A stretch of 63,988 nucleotides of DNA, counting the filler, from Octopus bimaculoides (Eukaryota): assembly GCF_001194135.2 (NCBI RefSeq). It is 4 parts of 4 records of this genome, joined end to end, with 100 filler letters (N's around TTAATTAATTAA, not from the genome) between each part and the next. Parts side by side here need not be neighbours in the genome. Positions count along the whole stretch, not along the records: positions 1 to 27,085 come from NC_068985.1; 3 more parts are not named here. One strand, 5' to 3'. Under the pieces are notes generated by a model. That model did not search any database and was not told the origin of the DNA. It saw only the letters and a list, made by a program, of their open reading frames with translations. Positions 1-13,312 of the stretch are shown in pieces; positions within the stretch are counted from its first letter, which is position 1, and each line of letters starts with the position of its first letter. The position numbers and the translations under genes were made by a program.

Positions 1-81
<81 letters not shown>

Positions 82-461
82 TAGTTGATGATACGACAAT
101 GGTAGGATGGGACTGGGTGAATAAGAGAATGAAGAAAACAAGGTAAAAGAAAAAGTGAAAGATTCAATGAGAAGCAGAAGTGATAGAAATTTTGGAAAGA
201 AATGCGCAGACAGAAATGAAGATTGGTGGGAAGGAATGGTGGAAAAGTAGCTGTAGGAATAGGAGAAGTGGGAGGTGTAAGGGTAATGTGGAGGGCGGTG
301 GGAAGGATTGGAGTATCATTTAGATGAAAGTGGAGGTAGCGGGGTCAGAAAGAAGATAAATATGAGAAAGGGGGTGAGACGAGAAAATGAAACTAGGTGA
401 GAGAGGGAGAGAGAGAGAGCGAAGGAGAGAGATAGAGATAGATAGATAGATAGATATGGAG

Positions 462-513
<52 letters not shown>

Positions 514-560
514 GGAGAGCGAGAGAGAGGGAGAGCGAGAGAGAGAGAGAGAGAGAGAGA
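1..560. repeat. (AG)n/(AGAT)n microsatellites around a purine-rich tract
   Basis: Directly visible AG and AGAT runs; the + strand is strongly purine-skewed. Confidence 0.95.
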
Positions 561-619
561 GAATGGGAGCCAGTCAGATGAAGAATAAGAGTGATACGTG
601 TGAAAGAAAGAGTAGCAGA

Positions 620-630
620 GAAAGAAAGGA

Positions 631-669
<39 letters not shown>

Positions 670-1010
670 ATGTGTGCGCGCTCGTATGTTTCTGGGTGTA
701 TATCTGTATGTGTTTGGATGTGTGTGTGTATGTGTGTTTCTGGATGCTTATCTATATGTGTTATTATGTATGTGTGTCAATGTTTGTGTGTATGTGTGTA
801 TCTATGTTTGTGTGTATGTGTGTCCATGTTTGTGTGTATGTGTGTGTCCACGTTTGTGTGTAATGTGCATGTATTCATGTTTATATGTATGTGTGTGTCC
901 ATGTTTGCGCGTATGTATGTGTAGCTGTATGAATGTTTGTGTGTGTATCTGTGTATGTGTTTGTATATCGATGTGTATGAGTGTGAGCATCAATATATGT
1001 GTATGTATGT
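620..1010. repeat. Degenerate (GT)n/(GTAT)n compound microsatellite
   Basis: Directly visible; accounts for the poly-VC ORFs in the track. Confidence 0.95.
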
Positions 1011-1199
1011 GTTTCTGTAAGAAGGGAGTGAAAATCTAAGAGAGAAAGATAGGTATAAGTGATAGATTATTTAAATTTTAAGAAAATGGTAGGAAAAAGA
1101 TATAATAAAAATAACAAAACAACTAAAACATTGGGAAAGCGAAGGAAAACAAATATCGAGGATGTAGCGATGAAGAAGACGAAGAAGATGAAAATGAAA

Positions 1200-1274
1200 A
1201 TTTTGAAGAAGAAGGAGGGGAAGGGGGAGAAGAAGAAGAAGGAGAAGAAGAAGAAGAAGAAGAAGAAGAAGAAG

Positions 1275-1305
<31 letters not shown>

Positions 1306-1381
1306 GAAGAAGAAGAAGAAGAAGAAGAAGAAGAAGAAGAAGAAGAAGAATATGTAGTAAAAACAGAATATGAGGTAGAAA

Positions 1382-1454
<73 letters not shown>

Positions 1455-1460
1455 GAAGAC
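1200..1460. repeat. (GAA)n followed by (GAAA)n microsatellite
   Basis: Directly visible; source of the poly-K and poly-F/S ORFs. Confidence 0.95.
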
Positions 1461-2256
1461 AGACAGAAAGGAAGGAAGAAAGAAAGTGAAAATAATTTCT
1501 AAAACGTAAAAGAAAATAATTTGATAAAAGTAATTTTAGAAAAATAATTTGAGTATAAGAAAATAAGGGAGAAAGAAAAATAAAAGTAGGAAAATAAAGT
1601 GAGAAAAAAAAAAAAACAAGGATAAAAGAAAGAAAAGAAATGAAGAGAAAAAGCGAGAAAAGGGAAATGAAGAAGTGAAGATAAGAAATGCGTGGAAATA
1701 GTAGATCATTTGTTTGAATGCATGTAGAAAGGAAAATAATAGCTTGTCTAGCTAAGCAGACGACCGACATGTTTTATAACAAGAAAGCCGATAGATTTAC
1801 TAACAAAGATAACAATAAATACAAGAATAACAACTACTACTGCTTCCACAAGTGAAACATCAAGTATAGTAACATTTATAATAACAAACAGAAAATAGAA
1901 AACGGCAAAAGCAACAACAACAACAACAACAGTGAAAAACAGATAGAACCAAAGGTTTTGAGTTCAGCTCTGTAATAATACCAACGATATACAAAATGAC
2001 GATGCTGAGAAAACGGCAATAACGAGATCAGCAAAAATACAAGAAGAATGACACCAGACCCAATAACAATAGCAAAATAACAACAACAACAGCTATGACA
2101 ATGATAAAAGCAACAACAAGAGCAACAATTTTGATATCGACAACAACAAAACATCGCCAATAACAGCCAAATACAAAGACAACAGAACCATCAGACAAAA
2201 AGACAGGCAGACAGACAGACAGATACACACACACACAGACACAGAAAGACAGACAG

Positions 2257-2330
<74 letters not shown>

Positions 2331-2760
2331 NNNNNNNNNNNNNNNNNNNNNNNNNNNNNNNNNNNNNNNNNNNNNNNNNNNNNNNNNNNNNNNNNNNNNN
2401 NNNNNNNNNNNNNNNNNNNNNNNNNNNNNNNNNNNNNNNNNNNNNNNNNNNNNNNNNNNNNNNNNNNNNNNNNNNNNNNNNNNNNNNNNNNNNNNNNNNN
2501 NNNNNNNNNNNNNNNNNNNNNNNNNNNNNNNNNNNNNNNNNNNNNNNNNNNNNNNNNNNNNNNNNNNNNNNNNNNNNNNNNNNNNNNNNNNNNNNNNNNN
2601 NNNNNNNNNNNNNNNNNNNNNNNNNNNNNNNNNNNNNNNNNNNNNNNNNNNNNNNNNNNNNNNNNNNNNNNNNNNNNNNNNNNNNNNNNNNNATGAGTAT
2701 GTGCATATATATGTACATGTATGTACATATAGAAGCATATCTGGGTATATGACGTTGCAA

Positions 2761-2944
2761 AAACATATGGACAAAATGATAAACAAAGTACAAATAACAC
2801 ACAGGCCACATAGGGAACATATCCTTCATCAGCTGCCACCATTAAAACACTGGCGTTTCGAAGAGTTAGGGCAGGACGCATCATTAAAATGGCTCTTCCC
2901 ACGGACACAAATTAAATTTGTTCCATGGAGGACAGTGGCGGACG

Positions 2945-2945
<1 letters not shown>
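2761..2945 (-). repeat. Interspersed repeat carrying CGAAAC and CAGCTGATGA motifs; second copy at 41330-41476
   Basis: acacaggccacatag(g/a)gaacat...ccttcatcagct...ggcgtttcgaagagt is shared by both loci. Family identity unknown, possibly a Penelope pseudo-LTR remnant. Confidence 0.6.
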
Positions 2946-2992
<47 letters not shown>

Positions 2993-3354
2993 GGGATATA
3001 TATATGAGTGTGTGTGTGTGTGTCTGTGTGTGTGTGTGTGTCTGTGTGTGTGTGTGTGTATGTTTGCATGTGTCTGTTGTGCTGTGAAAATTGTGTTACA
3101 GATAGGTATTATGATGATGGAACAGTATCTCCAATAGCTGTCACGTGACACTTTACCTGTCACCTGATGCCTACGGTTGGTCGTGAATTCCATCTCTTCT
3201 GTACCATTCTAGCCTATTGTATATTGGTACAAATCGATTCCAATACTTCACTGTTATTTTATGTTTTACGTTATTGACCCCGGAACCATAAAAGGAACAA
3301 ATATGACCACGGCGAGATTTGATCTCAAAGTATAAAGAACTTCAATAAAAGTGG

Positions 3355-3562
3355 TTTCAAATTTTGGCACAAGGCCAGCAATTTCTTGGGTGGGGCAAGC
3401 CGATTACATCGACCCCAGTTCTCAACTGATATTTTATCGACCCCGAAAAGATGACAGGCAAAGTTGACCTCGGCGGAATTTGAACTCAGAATGTATAAAC
3501 GGGCGAAAGGCCGTAAAGCATATTGTCCAGCGTGCTAGCGATTCTGCGAGCTCGCCGCCTTA
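3355..3562 (-). mobile_element. tRNA-derived SINE, family 2
   Basis: Reverse complement has a B-box-like GTTCTGAGTTCAAATTCC. Near-identical body at 43925-44145, 53575-53785, 54785-55000 and 59690-59885. Confidence 0.85.
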
Positions 3563-4353
3563 AGAGCTTCAATAAATATCGACTGCTATTTTGTTTTGCG
3601 CTTAAGCGATTCTGTCAATTCATAGCCCTTAAAAATTCTGTGACATTTTACATTAAATTAACATTGATTTCATTGCCGCCGAGACATATTACTATATTGT
3701 AAGAAGAAAGTTTTGTCCAAATCATAGAAGTAAAATAAACCCCAAGTATCAAACAAACAAACAAAAATGTAAGGACATATATTTTGTGGAGGCAAGTACG
3801 GTTACTTAAATCGTTCACAGTACCTCATTGGTACTTATTTTAATTGATCTTGCAAGAATACAAGGTAAACAGGATCTAAGTGGATATTCAACACAGGAGT
3901 TAAAGTGATGTAACTAGCAAAGCATAGAATCAGACGCTCTAGCGACTCAGTCATCCAGAAAGAGCAGGGTAGTTTCTATCAAATTGAAAACCTCTTTCCA
4001 TGAAAGAAGCAAAAATGAGTAAACAGTCCAGTCGTAATGTAAACAACAGTAATGTAAACAGTCGTAAATCTACCTGTGACGTCATGCACACGTCATAATG
4101 TTCTCTTTCTTAATTTCCGTTTTGTGCTGTCCTACATATCGGGCTGTCTTTTGACAGTTTCAGTAGCACATCAATATTTTTCTCCTTTTTTTTTCTGGTC
4201 AGAAAAGCTTGTTTGCACCTCGTTCAGCCTTTGGCCATATCGGGGGAGATGGACGATGAAACTCGTTGTCCATAGCAATCCTTATGGCGCAATACAATCG
4301 ATTCAGCGAGACGGCAAGAGAGAAAGATATATATATATATATATATATTTATA

Positions 4354-4433
<80 letters not shown>

Positions 4434-6121
4434 CACACACACACAGAAAGATATGGGGTGGGGAGACAGACCGGTAAGCGAGAGAATGAAACAAGATTCG
4501 ATCAAGTTAAGTTGACTGCTTTGGTATTTGAACTCAAACGTATAGAGCTGGAACAAATTTGTGTAAGGTAATTTATCCGCCGACGTGATGACTCCACTAA
4601 TTCGTTGCGTTACGTCATAACCATGTGATAGTGACCAAACCCGTAAATAATATCGGATATTCTTATATATAAAGTGACAATGTTGAGGTAATTTCAGTAA
4701 AAGCTTAATTTATTCACGAACATGAAAAGAAAGAAGAAAACAAAACAAAAAGGAGAAAATAAATTCTTAATATTCCTTTATACTATAGGCTTATAGTCTG
4801 AGATTTTCGAGGAGGCGAGCTTGTCAATTATATCCACACCGAAAGGTAAAAACAAAATCTGAGGGCTGTCACTAAGTACTCTTGGCTGGCGTGCAGACGA
4901 TTCTGTCATTTCTCCGCCATATAAAAAGGAAAAGCATCATATTAAATGTCACAATGATTTCTGATTTTAAGAAGATTCACCACATTTAAGACAAGTTGTT
5001 AACATGATTATAATTTTAGGATGATTAACCGCATCTTTGGGGATGAAAATGTTTTAATAATCTGATTTAGATGATGTTTCAATTAGTTTGGTATCTGTCA
5101 TCAGATTCCCGGTTCGAACTTAAAACATGGTAGTAAGTATAAGTCCGAGAATAGGACACATAAGAGCGATTGGTGATTGATCCAATCGAAACGTAATGTA
5201 GGTATAAATATTGCAAATGTTTCCATCTCTAAAAGTATAGTCTTATTAACTTAAGGAGATATCAGGTAAAAATTAATGAAACACATGTTTAAAGAAATAC
5301 CTACTTCTCTATTTAATGGACTCTATCTGTAACATCATTAGAATATTCCTTAAGCTTGTAAGTTGTGAGCCATTCATGAAAAACTAGTTTCTATCGAGTG
5401 ATTCCAGAAGATATTTGCACGAGTAATTTTCGATTGCTTTTTCCAAGACTACAACATGAATTGAACTCAGTACTATGAGCAACGGAATTTTGCCACTGAT
5501 ATATACCTTCCCGTCACTAAGCTCATCAGACATCAACTAAATATGCAATAGAATAAAATTCACCGCTCTAGGTATTAACTTTGCGTGTCTGGACGGTTAT
5601 CCATAATAATTTGTGGTATTACAATTTATGACTATATACCAGTTATATTTTATATCTAACAGAAATTTTTGAGCTCCATCATCCACAATTATTGGAGAAC
5701 GCCCACATATCGGAGTTTAAATTCCGATGAGACGTTTCTCCATTTTCATTCACATTTCCATATTTTAATTGCGATTAGGAGTATAGTCTCCATAAATAGC
5801 CTCTAGCTGCTCATAGCATTGCGTTGTTTCTTGGTAAGAAAAAAAAATCAATAATTGCTAGATACTTAAATTTCTCTATTTTAAAATAACTGTAATTTAT
5901 TTTCAAGAAAATTGTTAATAATTGAAACAAACAATTATTAGATTATAAACAAAACACAAAAGGTTAAATACTAAAGGGAATATTAACTTTCCCAATATGC
6001 AAAACAGAAAGATTGGAGCATTTTAAATGGTGGTCTTTTAAAAGTTTATGTACACCCGGGTCATTCGTAGTACCTTCACTGAGTTCGTAGGACTTCAAAG
6101 AATTTTTGCCTTGTCTTTTAC

Positions 6122-6227
6122 CAGTTGAGATGCCTTCATTTGCAGAATCCCAGCTGGTAAGTACTTGTAATACTTGCGTAAGGAATTCCCTATCCTGGGT
6201 TTCGAAAGATCCGTTATTTTTGTTATT
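6122..6227 (-). CDS. Candidate internal exon of an unidentified host gene (phase 2 to 0: ITKITDLSKPRIGNSLRKYYKYLPAGILQMKASQL)
   Basis: Strong acceptor tctgtctcctttcacag|, donor CTG|gtaaaa, open frame, phase-compatible with 7103-7190. A second frame (ORF 5964-6284) is also open, so the frame is ambiguous. No recognised homology. Confidence 0.3.
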
Positions 6228-6319
6228 CTGTGAAAGGAGACAGAATTCAGATCCAGAACGCACAGAATCAAAACACATGTGCAAAGGTCTCTCTTACGAT
6301 TCTATCATTCTATCACCCT

Positions 6320-6470
6320 GGACAGGTACTTAATTAATTTATCGATCCCGAAAGAATGAAAGATAAAGTTAAAAGACCTAATTAGGGTTTGAACTCAGAA
6401 CACAAGGTGTTCAACCAAATACCGTAAGGCATTCTATCTGATACTGTAACGGATCTACCGATTCTACATG
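6320..6470 (-). mobile_element. SINE family 2, partial diverged copy
   Basis: ggtacttaatt...atcgatcccgaaagaatgaaag...ttgaactcagaac matches the other copies. Confidence 0.7.
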
Positions 6471-6843
6471 AAAAATAAAAGGCTGAAGCAAGTCAATTTA
6501 TAATCTTCAATAACCACTAATTTGACTGTGGCGGTATTTATTAGCTGGCGGGACATTCAATTAATGTCAAGACCTCGATCTCATACAGGTATTCAGTTCA
6601 ACACTTTAACAGCTCTATCAGTTTGCTGCCACTTGTAGTAATTTTAACAACTTCATTATTGCTGTTAATTTTATCATATTCGGATGAACGAAATCTCAAA
6701 ATCGAACCTCGAGGAATTAGAGTTTAAAACAATACAGACATAAATAGTGCGTGGAGGGTTTGTACGCTTCAATAGTTTCTTCAAAGCTAATTGATTAACC
6801 AACTGTAAATATCGTAGAAGTGAAAAGATCGTGTTGTTGTTGT

Positions 6844-6881
<38 letters not shown>

Positions 6882-7102
6882 GTGGTGGCGGTGGTGGTGT
6901 TGATGATGATGTTTTACAACGAGCACAAACTACACGACCAGTGACTGACTTAGTTTTATGTAATTCGCTGTGAACCACAAAGATCTTTGGTATGGACCAC
7001 TGGCGATCCATACAACTAAACGTTGTAGTCTATATGTAGACTTTATACAGGGTTTCTCTTAATGATAAGAAATGTATTATGATTGTGTCGGTTATGCATT
7101 AC

Positions 7103-7190
7103 CCACATTCCTTAATAAATGCTCTTGCCAGTCCTGGTAACTTGCATTTAAAATGTAGCCCATCATAAGGAGATATACAGTGTACAATTG
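7103..7190 (-). CDS. Candidate internal exon (phase 1 to 2: IVHCISPYDGLHFKCKLPGLARAFIKEC)
   Basis: Acceptor ttttgttccaatttaag|, donor TGG|gtaatg, 88 nt open. Joins in frame to 6122-6227. No recognised homology. Confidence 0.3.
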
Positions 7191-7466
7191 CTTAAATTGG
7201 AACAAAATTCCGTACTTGTGAAGTTACAAGTAAAGTGGAATGCTTTTGTTTAAAAAATCCCTTTAACATATATATAAATCAACTAATAACCTAGATCAGA
7301 TGAGCCTTTTAATTTGAGTCTGTCTCCGACTCCCATTGTTCCTACCTCACATCACCCATCATTTCACCACAGCCTTCGTAGACCACTTCAGTACAGAATA
7401 TCTTCCGATCTTTGACTAATGATAATGTTCTAATATAAATATAACAATTTATATATACATATACAC

Positions 7467-7512
<46 letters not shown>

Positions 7513-7936
7513 TTATAAAATTTTCTATATGTGACAGTGGATTTTCATCGATGAGTTCATGAATCTTGGTTCTTTTCCCTAAAACTATATATTTATATTT
7601 TATACTGTGAAACTTAATTCAATTTTAAGTTTTAATAAATTGAATTTAATTGAGTTTTTACCTGTAAATTTGGATTTTTATCCCTAATATTANNNNNNNN
7701 NNNNNNNNTATTATAACCCGATTTCATTCGGGTCTACTCGGGCCACATTTTAAAGACAAGAAATTTTGCCCTAAAGGCCACGCATTTCGATTGAGCAAAC
7801 TCAAGGTTGCCATGCAAACTCTCCAACACATCTAACATAGGTGTGCAAATTTTCAGGTCAATCCGACCACATTTACTAACACTTTTGCCGGCACAACTGC
7901 TTGTGAGACAACATCCGCCCTTTTCCCAAACATATA

Positions 7937-7968
<32 letters not shown>

Positions 7969-8149
7969 CACAAGGCATAAATAATACCCATTATATATTT
8001 TTCTCCCTTGTAATAAATTTGGCTTACAGATGTTTCCAGTAATTATTATAGGTTCGTTATGGATAGGTTTACTCAACTGACACATGGCTCGGTTGAGAAA
8101 AATTGAACGACAGGAAATTAATGCTACTTTCGTCAGAATCATATCTGGC

Positions 8150-8220
<71 letters not shown>

Positions 8221-9240
8221 TGTATGTATGTGTAGTGTATGTGTGTGTGGTGTGTGTGTTTGTGTGTGTTTGTGTGTGTGTATCAAAGATAATATTAAGA
8301 ATATATAAAGTCAAAACTGTATCAAAATGAAAAATATAATTACGTCATATGTAAACAAACTTAAGTTTGTTTTAATGTGAAAGGACTTCTGGATCACGTA
8401 ACTTATACCTGACGCTTAATTAAACCCGATGGTTTGAAAGAGGAAGCATGGAAGTGGAAAAACATTCATATTGGTGTGTTTTCTGGTACTTATCGACCTC
8501 AGTGGGGTGGGAAACAAAATTTTATGCAGCAGTGTTTAAATTGAATGCTGAAGATATGCACATAAATACAAGGTAATTTTCTACTTCATTTCACTATTCT
8601 TTGCGGCACACTGTCTTTGGGAACAAGACACAGATTGTTCACTCTTATTACGGAAGTCTTTTCTGTAATTATAACATCTTAACGTTCAAAATCTTAAATA
8701 TCATTATAATTATTAGCATTCAATCCTTAGCGTGTAAGCTTAATTGTGTTCCTGCATGCATATATATGTGTGTGTGTGTGTGTGTGTATAAATATATATA
8801 TATATGTGTATATGTATGTATTTATGTATAAAGAATAAAATGTTTTGAATGGAACAACAATGCACTATAATACCAAAAATGGACTATATACCTGTTGTAA
8901 TTTAGTTATCAATAGTCCGATGATATTTCGTAATACAATTCCTTCTTCAGATATTCTTAGATGGAGTCGCTGCTATAATCGGTTTTCCAACGGCTTTTTT
9001 CGGAAGCGTCTCAGCAGTGGTCTCACGAAGCTCCTTCTGGAATTCCTCATGAAAAGTGCGTGAGGTCAGCTATGTCTCAATCTCGTGAGTGTTGGTACAT
9101 CTGTGGCGCTGTTTCTAAGTTATGTATTATACGTGCAGCTTCCTTTTTCCCCCTTTTTTTCCTCTTCTCTATTTTTTTTTGTTATAATCAATAGATGAGC
9201 ATATCAAAAATAAACCTACATGCATCCAGATGCAGCTAAA

Positions 9241-10386
9241 TGATATATTGATTACCAATCTCCAGCCTGTTGTTAATTTGGGGTCCTATTCTGTGTATGA
9301 GTATAGCTTTCTTAATTCTTAAATTACCCAAATTTTTTCATTGGCCTCAATTATGACTGTTAAGCTTTTGTCGGTGTTCCGGCATCTGTCTAGATGTTTT
9401 CTGAAGGAGGAGGCTCTGGTGTTCATATGTTCCTTGATGCGGACGTGTAACGGTCTTGTTCTTCTACTCACATAGAACTTGTTGCATTTGTTACATTGTA
9501 TTCTATACACAACATTTACCCGTTGGCATAAATCTGTGTCACGGATGGGACAATTTGTTAATGTGCATTGATTGTTGTCCCTTGTTCGTTTCTTTGTGAG
9601 GTGTCCTCTCAGAGAGGGGCCGGAGTGAGCTAGTTGTATATCTAGCCCTTCTCGGATGGCTGTAGTTATCCTCTCGCTAAAATAGGGCATTTTAAGGAAG
9701 TATGTGTTGCTGGGCTTTCTATGTGTTCGGCGTGTTGGTCGTCTTGGGTACTTAAATCAATTTACAATGGATCTAGGATACCCGTTAGTTTTCAATATAT
9801 CTAGGAAGCCTGTAGTGTGGGTCACCTTGTTCTCCGTTCGGCTGCATTTGCCTTGGATGCGTGCAAGTTCGTTTCTGGCGTATCCTATTTTGGCACCGAG
9901 TGGAAGTGCAGAATTGTATTGGACAAACATATCTCTACTGGCAGCTTTCCTGTAGAACTCGGTGTGGATCTCCCCTTCTTCTGTTATATTCAGTTTGAAG
10001 TCAGGTAATGATAGTGATCCAGTGATGTCGGGATGTTCTATAGTGAACTTAATGTTCATGTCTATGTTATTGAACGTCGTGAATATTCTGTCAGCCTCTT
10101 CACGGTAGGTTGTAAGTATGAGGATGTCATCTACGTACCTAGTGAAGAAGGCGCATGAGCGGCAGATGTTGAGTGCTCGACGTTCCAGATGGTTCATATA
10201 TGTGATAGCTAGTAGGCCCGAGAGACTGGATCCCATGGGGAGACCTTTTATCTGTTTGTATATATGGTCATGGAAAGAGAAGTAGGTGTTGTCTACGATG
10301 ATGGACAAAAGCTGGTGGATATCAGCTGCGGTAAGTCCAAAGCATTGGATGTTGGACGGTATTATGCAGTCAATCAATTTATGCAT
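9241..10386 (-). mobile_element. Penelope-like retroelement, 5'-truncated and frameshifted (RT plus GIY-YIG endonuclease)
   Basis: RT motifs GLPMGSSLSGLLA and RYVDDILIL. GIY-YIG region NVVYRIQCNKCNKFYV...LHVRIKEH, with a frameshifted tail NLRIKKAILIHRIGPQINNR. Confidence 0.93.
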
Positions 10387-10499
10387 GTATGTATGTATGT
10401 ATGTATGTATGTATGTATGTATGTATGTATGTATGTATGTATGTATCTATCTATCTATCTATATATATATCTATCTATCTATATATATCTATATATCTG

Positions 10500-10550
<51 letters not shown>

Positions 10551-12149
10551 ACGCATGGCTCAGTGATTAGAGCATCATATATGTGTATACGTGTATACGT
10601 ACGTATATGTGTGTATATAGGCTGGGTGAAAGAACAAGTCTGTGCGTTTATGTATAATTTAGTTATTGCAGTTTACAATTAATACCGATACAATTGTACA
10701 TTGGTTTATATGTCTCTTTGTTGTAGTTTTATTAAAGTTAGTGTTTAATCCTGCCTATATATTAATTGATTGAAATAATGTCGTTAATAAGCTTTTACTC
10801 TCATATTATACTACGGAAGACGGTATGGATTATAATTTTTGTATGACTTAATAGAGTTGTCACTGTTTAGTTACGTATTTAGGAGCGGTTGCAATTTACT
10901 TATTGAATTTATTTATTGACACGGTTGTACATTGCGTAAATGTGTTTGAAAGTTGTGGTTTCTTTGGTTTGCTTGTTTCCCAGACAACACTCATTTTAGT
11001 GCTCTTGACACCGTCGGATTGAATGGTACTGCCCAGGTGTCGAAACCATAATGACATCCATGGGGCAGCTGATGATGGAGGTATGTTGGATTGTTGGTAT
11101 GGCTGTGGAATAGTATTATAGCACCTCCTTTGGATATATATATATATATATATATATATCTGAACGAGGTATTAACAGGACACAGATGTGTGTCGATAGC
11201 CAGCTGGAGGAGATGTTCAACAGTAACATCCACCCTTAGGGGTCAGCCACATTTAAGTGTCAAATATNNNNNNNNNNNNNNNNNNNNNNNNNNNNNNNNN
11301 NNNNNNNNNNNNNNNNNNNNNNNNNNNNNNNNNNNNNNNNNNNNNNNNNNNNNNNNNNNNNNNNNNNNNNNNNNNNNNNNNNNNNNNNNNNNNNNNNNNN
11401 NNNNNNNNNNNNNNNNNNNNNNNNNNNNNNNNNNNNNNNNNNNNNNNNNNNNNNNNNNNNNNNNNNNNNNNNNNNNNNNNNNNNNNNNNNNNNNNNNNNN
11501 NNNNNNNNNNNNNNNNNNNNNNNNNNNNNNNNNNNNNNNNNNNNNNNNNNNNNNNNNNNNNNNNNNNNNNNNNNNNNNNNNNNNNNNNNNNNNNNNNNNN
11601 NNNNNNNNNNNNNNNNNNNNNNNNNNNNNNNNNNNNNNNNNNNNNNNNNNNNNNNNNNNNNNNNNNNNNNNNNNNNNNNNNNNNNNNNNNNNNNNNNNNN
11701 NNNNNNNNNNNNNNNNNNNNNNNNNNNNNNNNNNNNNNNNNNNNNNNNNNNNNNNNNNNNNNNNNNNNNNNNNNNNNNNNNNNNNNNNNNNNNNNNNNNN
11801 NNNNNNNNNNNNNNNNNNNNNNNNNNNNNNNNNNNNNNNNNNNNNNNNNNNNNNNNNNNNNNNNNNNNNNNNNNNNNNNNNNNNNNNNNNNNNNNNNNNN
11901 NNNNNNNNNNNNNNNNNNNNNNNNNNNNNNNNNNNNNNNNNNNNNNNNNNNNNNNNATATATATATATATATATATATACATATATATACACATACACAT
12001 ACGTAGCATTATGTATTGTATAGCCAACATGACTCGAGTTTTTGTTCAATAATCTATTATGTCGTTTTTTCACATGGCATAATTATTTTTTTATATTATT
12101 ATTTTATAGTAATTTTCCTATAATGCAAACATTGTACAATATTATGTTT

Positions 12150-12350
12150 CGATAACAGGAATGGTAGGCTGGCTGACGTGATCGGCAGTAGAATATCAGA
12201 CAGAATTCGTTGATGGTCGTTATGGTACCGGGTTAGTTATAACCTTATACATTCAAAATTCAAAAAGTTTCCCCTTTCCAAATTCGAGGAAATAACATAC
12301 CAGACTGATACCAGGGTCGATATAATCGACATTTTCATCCCCACTTCCAA
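12150..12350 (+). mobile_element. SINE family 2, old diverged copy
   Basis: Degenerate head, then ccagactgataccagggtcgatataatcgac resembling the family 3' part. Confidence 0.5.
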
Positions 12351-13255
12351 CTAATTTTACCCCTTTTAACTATAGAAGAAATCTTTACGTGAATTGTAAT
12401 TGCTTGGCGGCGGACTGGCACATTGCTTACGGCATCGTTGTTTTCCTTTGTTTTTCCCAGCTGTTTTCGTTCTAAATTTTGCCAGACTTGATTTTTAACT
12501 CTCATCTGTTTTGGTACCAGTTAAGTCCACTGGCGTATGGTAGCTGTTGTACTGGATGTGCTGCCACAACCAATGCCACCAAATTTCAAGCAGGGGTGTT
12601 AGAAACATTTTCCATTAAGATTTGTGATTAAATTGATGAATAAAGTTAATATTTATAATGAGTTCGCTCCCGGTTAAGTCCTCCTCTGAATATAAAAAAT
12701 CAACAAATAAAGATACTGGAAAACTTTAAAAATAACAACGGCTTTATTTCGTTTCGACGATGCTGACGCCAATAACTTTATTTCCTTTCACCGATATAAT
12801 AATCAGTAGTCACAACCCCAGTATAATTTGTAGTTTTGTACGGATGTCAGAAATTAAGTTTTAATTGTTTATTTTTACCAGAAGGCGATTTATTTGAATT
12901 CATTTTTGTCCAAGACTGGTTACTCAAGACAATTACATAGATTTACTTCCGTCGCAATTTATATTTGATGTTTCTTGCATGAAATGCTCAGTGACGTTTG
13001 ATGTTTAAACCCAGTCAACTCTAATCGAGTAGATCAAAGTTCAAAAGCTTTTCATCTGAGACTAAGAATTGTTGGAGCATACAAAAAATCCTGCAGCATT
13101 TTCTCCTGTTTTCCGCGCTCCGAGTTCAAATCTCCAACAGAATAAAATTCTGTAGAGGGTCGATGAAATATAAAAACCAGACTCGGGATTGGAGGAATAA
13201 GTACAATGACAGACACAAAGAAATACATATACATAAATGTACACACACACGTACG

Positions 13256-13312
<57 letters not shown>

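Noticed and set aside
563-2290. Long ORFs (poly-VC, poly-K, poly-F/S, poly-L)
   Set aside because: They are translations of di-, tri- and tetranucleotide repeats, which lack stops by construction.
2810-2880. Type II hammerhead reading (GAAA before CUGAUGA)
   Set aside because: No stem I hairpin can form between the cleavage triplet and CUGAUGA in any of the three copies.
3102-3148. Possible + strand terminal exon DRYYDDGTVSPIAVT*
   Set aside because: Too short, moderate acceptor, and no upstream partner visible.
8845-9063. 72-aa + ORF with a good acceptor at 8950
   Set aside because: No recognisable homology; better explained as sequence trailing the Penelope element. Not fully excluded.
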